Origin: Chiloscyllium plagiosum
Taxonomy: Eukaryota
Length of the DNA stretch: 20,000 nucleotides
Direction: 5' to 3'
Assembly (NCBI RefSeq): GCF_004010195.1
Contig: NC_057718.1
Location: 28,090,192-28,110,191 of the forward strand
Of the stretch, positions 9,091-18,340 are shown piece after piece. The translations under genes and the position numbers were made by a program. The number at the start of each line of letters is the position of its first letter. The stretch's first letter is position 1. The notes beneath the pieces are model-generated. The model worked only from the letters and a program-made list of their open reading frames with translations, ran no database searches and was not told where the DNA came from.

Positions 9091-11378
9091 GTGGAGAGAC
9101 TTTGCCACCGCACCTCTCACAGACTCATCAATCACCTCGTGCACCAACTCTACAGCAAGCGCCACAACCTTGAATTTAAGATGGAGTCCACACTCTCAGC
9201 CTGCACCCAGAATACAGCAGTACAGTTACGGGACATTGCCAAACAGGCAAGGCAACACAACTACACCACGTACATGCAAACCAAGAACAAGAAACTGGAG
9301 AAACTTGGCATCATCACCAGCAGTAGCTAAGCCCACCCTGGCATCACAGTGGATAATGTTATCACCGCAGGGAAGTCGATTGTCAACTTATTGGACCACA
9401 CCCTTCAACCGGAAGAGATTGAAGTTCTTAGCAGGGGATCTAAATTTCTGCCCCATCACCAAAATGGACCCCATGGTTCTTGCAGCAGACACAGAGGAAT
9501 TCATCAGATGAATGAGACTCCAGGAATTCTTTCAAGATGCCAGCAGTGAGCCCACCGAGGAACTGGAACAGTCATCACAGGGATCCGTAGAGGAGCGACC
9601 AAAGAAGGAGTCAACTTAGATCCCACCGGAGGACTGCTGCCCTGGGCTTGACGTGTATGCTCAAACCATCAGGAAATAAAAAAGGCCAGATTCATCAACC
9701 GCACCCACAAGATAGAGCAAAACATCACCCAATCATAATGCAATCCATGCTCTCAAAACCAATCACGACATTGTCATCAAACCAGCAGATAAAGAAGGAG
9801 CCATCATCATTCAGAATAGAACAGATTACTACAAGGAAGTGTACCGACAACTGAACAACCAGGAACACTACAGGCAACTACCGGCCGATCCGACCAAAGA
9901 GCACACCAGTGAACTAAACACATTGATCAGGACTTTGGATCCAGTCTTTCAGAGTTTCCTACACACCCTCATCCTACGTACTTCTCGTGTGGGTGACTTC
10001 TACTGCCTTCCAAAGATACACAAAGCCAACACACTAGGACGTCCCATCATTTCAGACAATGGGACTCTGTGTGAGAACCTCACCAGCTATGTTGAAGGCA
10101 TCTTGAAACCCATTGTACAGGGGACTCCCATCTTCTCTCACGATATTACAGATTTCTTACAGAAACTCAGCACCAATGGACCAATTGAACCAGGAACATT
10201 CCTCATTACAATAGATGTTTCAGCACTCTACACCAGCATCCCCCACAATAACGGCATCATGGCAACAGCCTCAGTACTCTACACCAAGAACTGCCAATCT
10301 CCAAACACCGTCCTACAACTCATTCGCTTTATCCTCGACCACAACATTTTCGCCTTTGACAACAGTTCTTTATTCAGAGTCAGGGAACAGCCATGGGGAC
10401 CAAATTTGCACCCCAATACGCCAACATTTTCGTGCACCAAGACTTTCTTGCTGCACAGAACCTCCAACCAACACAATATACCAGGTATATTGACGACATT
10501 TTCTTCCTCTGAACCCATGGCGAGAAGTCACTGAAACAACTACGCAATTATATCAACAAGTTTCATCCCACCATCAAACTCACCATAGACTACTCTTTAG
10601 TATCTGTCTCATTCTTGGACACATGCATCTCCATCAAGGATGGGCACCTCAGTACCTCACTCGACTGCAAACCCACAGATAACCTCACGATGCTACACTT
10701 CTCCAGCTTCCACCTGAAACATATTAAAACAGTTATCCCCTATAGATAAGCCCTACGCATGCACAGGATCTGTTCAGATGAGGAGGAATGTGACGAGCAC
10801 TTGGAAGTACTCAAGGAACCCTCATACGAACGGGGTACGATGCTCAACTCATCGACCGCCGGTTCCAACGTGCCACAGCAAGAAACTGTAATGACCTACT
10901 CAGGACACAAACAAATGCTGCAACTGATAGGGTTCACTTCATTGTCCAGTATTTCCCAGGAGCTGAAAAACTACGCCATGTTCTTTGCAGCCTGCAACAC
11001 ATTAACAATGAGGATGAACACCTCACCAAGACCTTCCCCACACCTCCACTTCTTGCCTTTAAACAACCACCAAATCTCAAACAGTTCATTGGTCACAGCA
11101 AACTGCCCGGCTTTCAGGACAATACCATACAACCTTGTCATGGTGGATGCTGCAAGACGTGTCAGAGTGTCGACACGGATACCACCATTATGCGTAGGGA
11201 CACCTCCCACCATTTACGTGGCAGGTACTCATGTGACTCAGCCAACGTTGTTGATCTCATACAGTGCGGGCAAGGATGCCCTTAGGCATGGTACATTGGT
11301 AAGACCAAGCAGAGGCTACGGCAACGGATGAATGGGCACCGCACAACAATCGATAGACAAGAGTGTTCCCTACCAGTC
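9091..11378 (+). pseudogene. Penelope polyprotein: N-terminal region, RT, first part of GIY-YIG endonuclease
   Basis: IVNLLDHTLQPEEIEVLSRG/LNFCP, KPADKEGAII, FYCLPKIHK...GRPIIS, IDVSALYTSIPH, GTAMGTKFAPQYANIF, YIDD (10486-10497), SFLD, KPTD, WYIGKTKQRLRQRMNGH (YIG at 11292-11300). Several stops and frameshifts. Confidence 0.92.
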
Positions 11379-13335
11379 AAGAATAAAGAACAAAGAACAT
11401 TACAGTGTAGGAACAGGCCCTTCAGCCCTCCAAGCCTGCGCCGATCCATATCCTCTACCTTAACCTGCCATCTATTTTCTACAGGTCTGTATCCCTTTGC
11501 TCCCTGCCCATTCATATATCTGTCTAAATACATCTTAAATGATGCTATGTTCCCGCCTCTACCACCTCTGCTGGCAATGCCTTCCAGGCACCCACCACCC
11601 TCTGCATAAAGAACTTTCCACGTATATCTACCCTAAACCTTTCCCCTCTCACTTTGAACTTGAGACTGCTGGTAATTGAGTCCTCCACTCTGGGAAAAAG
11701 TTTCTAGCTATCCACCCTGTCTATGCCTCTCATGATTTTGTAGGCCTCAATCAGGTCCCCCCCTCAACCGGTTTCTCTCCAATGAAAATAATCCTAATCT
11801 CCTCAACCTCTCATCATAGCTAGCACCCTCCATATCAGACAACATCCTGATGAATCTCCTCTGCACTCTCTCCAAAACACCAACATCTTTTTGGTAATGT
11901 GGCGACCAGAACTGTATGCAGTATTTCAAATGTGACCAAACCAAAGTCTTATACAATTGTAACGTGACCTGCCAATGCTTGTACTCAATACTCCGTCCGA
12001 TGAAGGAGAGCATGCCGTATGCTTTCTTGACCACTTTACCGACCTGCATTGCCACCTTCAGAGAATGATGGACCTGAACATCCAGATCTCTCTGTACATC
12101 AGTTTTCCCCAGGACTTTTCCATTTACTGTATAGTTTGCTCTGGAATTGCAACTTCCAAAATGCATTTGTCTAGATTGAACTCCATCTGCCATTTCTCTG
12201 CCCAACTCTTCAATCTATCTATATTCTGCTGTATTCTCTGACAGTCCCCTTCATTTCCTGCTACTCCACCAATCTTAGTGTCATCTGCCAAATTGCTAAT
12301 GAGGCAACCTATACCTTCTTCCAAATCATTTATGAATATCGGAAACAATAGTGGTCCCAGCACGGATCCCTGTGGGACACCACTGGTCACAGGTCTCCAT
12401 TTTGAGAAGCTCCCTCCTACTACTACTGTCTGTCTCCTGTTGCCCAACCAGTTCACCAACCATCTAGCTAGAACACCCTGGACCCCATGCAACTTCACCT
12501 TCTTCATCAGCCTACCATGGGGAACCTTATCAAACAATTTACTAAAGTCCATGTATATGACACCTACATCCCTTCCCTTATCAATCAACTTTGTCAACTC
12601 TTCAAAGAATCCTATTAGGTTTTTAGACCTGACCTTCCCTGCACAAAACCCTGCTGCCTATCACTGATAAGCCCATTTTCTTCCAAATGGGTATATATCC
12701 TAACCCTAAGTATCTTCACCACTAGCTTCCCTCCCACAGATATGATCTATATGGACTTCAGTAAGGCGTTCGACGAGGTTCCCCATGGGAGACTGATTAG
12801 CAAGGTTAGATCTCATGGAACACAGGGAGAACTAGCCATTTGGATACAGAACTGGCTCAAAGGTAGAAGACAGAGGGTGGTGGTGGAGGGTTGTTTTTCA
12901 CACTGGAGGCCCGTGACCAGTGGAGTGCCACAAGGATCGGTGCTGGGTCCTCTACTTTTTGTCATTTACATAAATGATTTGGATGCGGGCATAAGAGGTA
13001 CAGTTAGTAATTTTGCAGATGACACCAAAATTGGAGGTGTAGTGGACAGTGAAGAGGGTTACCTCAGATTACAACAGGATCTGGACCAGATGGGCCAATG
13101 GGCTGAGAAGTGGCAGATGGAGTTTAATTCAGATAAATGCGAGGTGCTGTATTTTGGGAAAGCAAATCTTAGCAGGACTTATACATGTAATGGTAAGGTC
13201 CTAGGAAGTGTTGCTGAACAAAGGGACCTTGGTGTGCAGATTCATAGCTCCTTGAAAGTGGAGTCACAGGTATATAGGATAGTGAAGAAGGTGTTTGGTA
13301 TGCTTTCCTTTATTGGTCAGAGTATTGAGTACAGG

Positions 13336-13429
13336 ATTCTGGATTAGTGGTGCTGGAAGAGTACAGCAGTTCAGGCAGCATCCAAGGGAGCTTCGAAATC
13401 GACGTTTCGGGCAAAAGCCCTTCATCAGG
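13336..13429 (-). mobile_element. 94-bp Penelope-derived hammerhead insertion (family A) in CR1 'B'
   Basis: Absent from the paralogous CR1 at ~5240-5270 (tacaggagttggg). CAGG at both junctions. Explains the +1 frame change between ORFs 12742..13347 and 13295..13978. Confidence 0.9.
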
Positions 13430-13430
13430 T
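13398..13430 (-). ncRNA. Minimal hammerhead ribozyme motif with fully intact core (family A)
   Basis: Minus strand: ac-CTGATGA-A-GGGC-tttt-GCCC-GAAA-CG-TC-gat; GUC cleavage triplet, palindromic ACGT in place of stem III; stem I truncated by the junction. Confidence 0.8.
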
Positions 13431-13747
13431 GTTGGGAGGTCATGTTACGGCTGTACAGGACATTGGTTAGGCCACTGTTGGAATATTGCGTGCAATTCTG
13501 GTCTCCTTCCTATTGGAAAGATGTTGTGAAACTTGAAAGAGTTCAGAAAAGATTTACAAAGATGTTGCCAGGGTTGGAGGATTTGAGCTACAGGGAGAGG
13601 CTGAACAGGCTGGGGCTGTTTTCCCTGGAGCGTCGGAGGCTGAGGGGTGACCTTATAGAGGGTTACAAAATTATGAGGGGCATGGATAGGATAAATAGAC
13701 AAAGTATTTTCCCTGGGGTCGGGGAGTCCAGAACTAGACGGCATAGT

Positions 13748-14076
13748 GTCAGAGTCAGAGTCAGAGAGTCAGAGACAGCACAGTCCAACTCCTCCATGCC
13801 GACCAGATATCCCAACCCAATCTGGCCCCACCTGCCAGCAACCAGCCCACATCCCTCCAAACGTTTCCTATTTATATACCCATCCAGATGTCTTTTAAAT
13901 ATTGCAATTGTACTAGCCTCCACCACTTCCTCTGGCAACTCATTCCATTCACGCACCACCCTGAAAAAGTTGCCCTGAGGTCTCTCTTATACCTTTCCCC
14001 TCTCACCCTAAATCTATGCCCTCTAGTTCTGGACTCCCCCACCCCAGGGAAAAGACTTTGTCTATTTATCCTATCC
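13748..14076 (-). mobile_element. CR1 3'-end fragment 'C'
   Basis: (CTCTGA)n-type tail at 13748-13775; translates VREWNELPEEVVEASTIAIFKRHLDGYI. Confidence 0.85.
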
Positions 14077-14285
14077 TCAACCTTTGAACATCTGTTCAGG
14101 TTCTAATTCCTGATTTCCATTCTCTTCAATATCTGAATGTTTTTGTTAACCCTTTATACAGAAAGTTTCAACCAGCCACATATCCAAGTTGTCTTTTGCC
14201 AGGCTGAATCTTGGATTAGATTTGTCTTTTAAGAGTGTTTCCATGATGTAAACATTCTAATATTTTTCTGAGAGATAAAGCTTAT

Positions 14286-14512
14286 TTTCATTCATTTATG
14301 AGACGTTGGCTTCGCTGGCTAAGCCAGTAATGACTCCCCATCCCCAATTGCCCTATAGAAGGAAGTAATGAACTGATTTTTAGACTCACTGAATATAAAA
14401 ATATCCACAGTGTTGTTAAAAAATAAATTTCAGGATTGTGACTCATTAACATTGAAGGTGCAGCAACATGTTAGGATTAGGTGTGGCTTGGAGGGCAACT
14501 TGCATGTGGTGA
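14286..14512 (-). mobile_element. Old LINE 3'-end fragment sharing a tail with the Deu-domain SINE
   Basis: gctggctaagccag...ccatccccaattgccc resembles gctggctggcccaa...ccatccctgattgcc at ~3968-4005; decayed. Confidence 0.5.
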
Positions 14513-15199
14513 TCGGTTTAGGGTGAGAGGGGAAAGATATAAAAGAGACCTTTGGGGCAACTATTTCATGCTGAGGGTGGTACGTATGGAATGAGCTGCC
14601 AGAGGATGTGGCGGAGGCTGGTACAATTGCAACATTTAAGAGGCATTTGGATGAGTATATGAATAGGAAGGGTTTGGAGGGATATGGACCAGGTGCTGGC
14701 AGGTGGGACTAGATTGGGTTGGGATATCTGGTTGGCATGGATGGGTTGGACCGAAGGGTCTGTTTCTGTGCTGTACATCTCTATGACTCTATCACTGACA
14801 TCAGGCTCACAGGACTGTAATTACCTGGATTATCCCTGCTACCCTTCTTAAAATAGGGGACAATATTAGCAACTCTCCAGTCCTCTGGGACTTACCCCGT
14901 TTTCAGGGATGCTGCCAAGATATCTGTTAAGGCCCCAACTATTTCCTCTCTTGCTTCCCTCAGTAACCTGGGATAGCTTCCATCCAGTCCTGGGGACTTG
15001 TCCACCTTAATGCCTTTTAGAATACACAACACTTCCTCCCTCCTTATGCCGACTTGACCTAGAGTAATCAAAGATCTATCCCTCACTTCAACATCCGCCA
15101 TGCCCCTCTCCTCGGTGAATACCGATGCAAAGTACTCATTAAGAATCTCACCCATTTTCTCCGACTCCACACATATCTTTCCTCCTTTGTCCTTGCGTC

Positions 15200-15560
15200 G
15201 GAGAACATTTCAGTGGTCCAGGACATTTGACCTCGGACCTTTGGGTGACCATCCTCCAAGGCAGACTTTGGGACAGGCAAGATTAGAGGTGCTGGAAAAG
15301 CACAGCAGGTCAGACAGCATCCGAGGAGCAGGAAATATCAGGAAGGGCTTTTGCCTGAAATGTTGATTTTTCCTGCTCCTTGGGTGCTGCCTGACCTGCT
15401 GTGCTTTCCCAGCACCTCTAATCTTGACTCTAATCTCAAGCATCTGCAGTACCCACTTCTGCCAACAATGCAAAGTGGCCAGGCAGAGGCTGATAGCCAA
15501 GTTTGGTACCCATGAGGATGGCCTCAACTGGGACCTTGGATTCATGCCACACTACGGTGA
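15200..15560 (+). pseudogene. Penelope GIY-YIG endonuclease C-terminal part
   Basis: GEHFSGPGHLTSDLWVTILQGRLWDRQ | QCKVARQRLIAKFGTHEDGLNWDLGFM continues ...ECSLPV, which ends at 11378. Confidence 0.88.
15281..15462. mobile_element. Fold-back hammerhead insertion (family A) inside the Penelope endonuclease
   Basis: Arms 15278-15340 and 15364-15426 are reverse complements with few mismatches. Loop gaaGGGCttttGCCTGAAATGTT is a 5'-truncated, CpG-decayed core. CAA at both junctions. Confidence 0.87.
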
Positions 15561-15574
15561 CCCCACTGCATTAT

Positions 15575-15800
15575 AGACACACACACACACACTCCTACAG
15601 ATCCATACACTCACACAGACCCTCTCTCATACACAAGCTTTCTCTCATATATTCACACATACACTCCCACATTCACACCCAAACATGCACCCTCTCACAG
15701 ACTTAAGCCCCTTTACACTCACACGCACACATATACATACACACACTCTCTCACAGACACTCATACCCCCTCGCACACACACCCACATGCATACACACAA
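15575..15800 (+). repeat. Imperfect (CA)n/(CT)n-rich tract in the Penelope 3' UTR
   Basis: Runs of acacacac and ctctctc directly after the ORF end. Confidence 0.8.
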
Positions 15801-16178
15801 AAATAAGTTTGGGGGTGAATTTGTATTTGCAGAATTACATTTTACTTTGCTCAAAACCTGCATGAATCCATGTAAGATTCTGTAAATCCCTGTTTTATAT
15901 TAGAATCAGTCTGACCATTGAGGCACAGGCAGCCTCACACAGGACACCTCACACCTTCAATGCATTATCTGGGCTGAAATGGCACCTATTGTTAAAGTTC
16001 ACTTGAGAATGTAACTTTAAGAAAGTTCTGAGATTTACATATGAAAGAACTGAAATGAACATGGTCATTCTAAAAGACGAGAGACTTAATCCAGGTCTTT
16101 TTCAATATATAATTTCAGTTACATCACACTGAAACTTTTGCTATAAACTTTTTGTCCTACGAGTTTATACTTCACAGC

Positions 16179-16213
16179 CACCTGCTGAAGGAGCGGCACT
16201 CTGAAAGCTAGTG
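16179..16213 (+). ncRNA. Minimal hammerhead motif (family B) at the Penelope 3' end, with core mutation
   Basis: cac-CTGCTGA(16182-16188)-A-GGAG-cggca-CTCT-GAAA(16203-16206)-GC-TA-gtg; stem I cac/gtg; palindromic AGCT; A6 changed to C. Confidence 0.72.
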
Positions 16214-16996
16214 CTTCCAAATAAACCTGTTGGACTATAACCTGATGTTGTATGATTTTTAAGCTTGTACACCCCAGTTCAACACCAGCACCTCCAGATT
16301 AAAACAAAAGTGGTATTGGTGATCCTTTCCTTTTATCATCATGAAGACTTGCAGCAACACAAATTTGAAGCTACCTCAGAAGATGGACTAGGACTGGATG
16401 AGTCTGACTTTTATGTCTTTCCCCAATGATGCTGTTAGACCATCCAACTGGCAAGATCTGCAACCCCTCCGTCAGTTGTGATGAGTTCTTCTGAAGTGTT
16501 AATTTATCTTTTCTAACCCTGCGATTATGTAACTGCGGTGCATTTCTACCTTTCCTGCATTAGTTTCAACTTTTCAGAATTTGAAATCTAAACTTTTCTT
16601 GTTATCTGAATTTGTTTCATAAATAAGTATGACGTTCTCTGAATGATGCCCATTGAAGAAAAGGGACAAAATATTTCTGTTTCTGTTTGCCTTCACAATT
16701 TTTCTGTCTGTGTCAACTCCCTTAAGAAACAATCAGCTGCAAAAGTATTTCTGTAACAAATTCATTGTCCATTGGTGAACAATTTGCAGGAGATGGCCAC
16801 CATGCTTAATCTTTGCTACTCATCCTATTTTGCAGCATTTTCAATGATAAGCATAAGAAATAGTTTTAATATTCACTTTAAAAATCAATTGACAGAAAGT
16901 TGACTTCAAGGGTGCAAGATTGGAGCTGAGTAGAATAGTCTGGAAAGATGTTGAAGGAAAAACTGTAACTCAACAATGGGTTATTTTTAAAAAGGT

Positions 16997-17110
16997 TTAG
17001 ATTTAGATTTAAATCTTATTTTCACATGTACTCAAATACAGGTGTACAGTGAAAAGTGTATAATGTCGCTACACACGGCACCATCTTAGGAGCAGAGATA
17101 CCTAGGTACA
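16997..17110 (-). mobile_element. Probable LINE/SINE 3' tail (L2/Rex-Babar-like)
   Basis: ttagatttagattta repeat followed by tcacatgtactcaaatacaggtgtacagtgaaaagtg, which resembles fish LINE 3' ends from recall. Extent beyond 17306 unknown. Confidence 0.4.
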
Positions 17111-17121
17111 AAGATTTAGGT

Positions 17122-17292
17122 CAGGCAGCATCCAAGGAACAGGAGAATCGATGTTTCGGGCATAAGCCCTTCTTCAGGCTTATACCCGAAACGTCGATTC
17201 TCCTATTCCTTGGATGCTGCCTGACCTGCTGTGCTTTTCCAGCAACACATTTTCAGCTCTGATCTCCAGCATCTGCAGCCCTCACTTTCTCC
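17122..17292. mobile_element. Fold-back hammerhead insertion (family A) with 14-bp TSD
   Basis: Arms 17118-17168 and 17177-17227 (51 nt, 3 mismatches), loop CTTCTTCA; direct repeat ACAAAGATTTAGGT at 17108-17121 and 17293-17306. Confidence 0.92.
17147..17178 (-). ncRNA. Minimal hammerhead ribozyme motif (family A)
   Basis: Minus strand: c-CTGAAGA-A-GGGC-ttat-GCCC-GAAA-CA-TC-gat. The plus-strand arm carries only GGCttatACCC-GAAA-CG-TC. Confidence 0.72.
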
Positions 17293-17636
17293 ACAAAGAT
17301 TTAGGTGCAAAGTAGTTAAAAAAAACAAAGTTTAACAAGTTAAGCATATCTTCATAGGATAAGTAGAAAAATACAGAAATAAGGTGATAGTTAACATTAA
17401 AGTCCTTCTTAATATAAACTAGAAAAATAAAGGAATAAAGTTAAAAGCAAAACAGTCTTTGAATTCTTTGCTTACCTCGCTTTCTGGGAGACCTCAGCTG
17501 CCTGTTCTTGATGTCACCACCACAGATACTGGGGGCGCTCCCTCCCTGCACTGCTCATTTGGCCACGATCTGGTAAATTCTCTCAAATGGGATTGGTAGG
17601 ACAAACAAATCCAGAGCTCTTGGCCGACAGAAGGGA

Positions 17637-18225
17637 AACTTATCAAAACAATTGGTTGGGATAGAATTAATAGTGACGTTTAAAAAGATGTGTGGATTGG
17701 GAAGAGACAACATGGATTTCTGAAGAGGAAATTGTGCTTGGCTATCTTGATGGCATTTTTAAGGAGGTTAACAGAAAGGCTAGATGGGGGTAATGAAGGT
17801 TGATGTAGTGTACATGGACTCATTTATGAGGAAAGTTATGGACCATGGTACAAAAGGGACAGTAGCAGTGTGGATACAAAATTGGCAAAGAGATAGGAAA
17901 CAGACTGTAATGGCTAATGGGTAGTTCTTGAACTGGAGGAGGATTTATCGTAGAGTTCCACAGGGGTCGGTATTAAAAGTCCTGCTTTTCCTGATATATA
18001 GTAATAATCTCGATCCTAGTGAACAGGGACAATTCAAAGATCACAAATGACCTGTAAGAATCATTAACTGTGACAAGGTAACTCTCTGACTCTGTGATAG
18101 TGTGGGACTCCAACAGAACATTAACAAGTTACTGGAGTGGGCAGATAGGTGCCAGATGAGGTTCGATGCAGAGAAGTGGGAAATAATGCACTGGGATAGG
18201 AAGAACACAAAAGGCAATATTTAAT
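17637..18225 (+). mobile_element. Old, decayed CR1 RT fragment
   Basis: Pieces QHGFLKRKLCL, VDVVYMD, VPQGSVLKVLLFLIY, LLEWADRCQMRFDAEKWEIMH. Confidence 0.75.
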
Positions 18226-18340
18226 ATAGCATAAGTCAAAGTCCTGGCATCCTTGAGGAAGCCCAGCGAGGACTTCTGGCCTTCTCGGGGAAGGTCAGAG
18301 CAGACTCCTGGCCTCATCGAGAAACCCCAGCGGGGACAGA

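Larger units (their letters stand above)
12741..14792 (+). mobile_element. CR1 LINE 'B' (5'-truncated RT half; pieces 12741-13335, 13430-13746, 14516-14792) inserted in CR1 'A'
   Basis: YMDFSKAFDEVPH, GVPQGSVLGPLLF, FADDTK; tail CTCTATGACTCTAT 14779-14792; imperfect TSD cacagatat (12735-12743) / cactgacat (14793-14801). Confidence 0.9.
11379..15196 (-). mobile_element. CR1 LINE 'A' (5'-truncated; pieces 11379-12743 and 14793-15196) inserted in the Penelope ORF
   Basis: (TGTTCTT)-type tail at 11379-11400; RT motifs YMDFSKLFDKVPH, GVPQGSVLGPLLF, LADDTK; upstream piece MGEILNEYFASVFT...KSPGLDG; GTC duplicated at 11376-11378 and 15197-15199. Confidence 0.9.
9074..16300 (+). mobile_element. Penelope-like retroelement, 5'-truncated, split by insertions at 11379-15196 and 15281-15462
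   Basis: Penelope-type RT and GIY-YIG pieces that rejoin across both insertions, a CA-rich 3' UTR and a terminal hammerhead-containing segment. Confidence 0.9.

Noticed and set aside
10759..11331. 190-aa ORF as a separate protein
   Set aside because: Only the first ~19 residues are in the Penelope frame; the rest is an off-frame read-through.
16300..16990. Unassigned sequence with a short open frame (HHEDLQQHKFEATSEDG...)
   Set aside because: Short, ends in a stop, no credible splice sites and no recognisable motif.
3225..17227. Palindromes read as MITEs/DNA transposons or terminators
   Set aside because: The arms are asymmetric (one has an extra tail), derive from Penelope-type ends and have variable-length duplications, unlike TIR elements.
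17471..17580. Minus-strand donor-like GAG|GTAAG after a GC-richer patch
   Set aside because: No matching acceptor or recognisable product; lies between repeat fragments.
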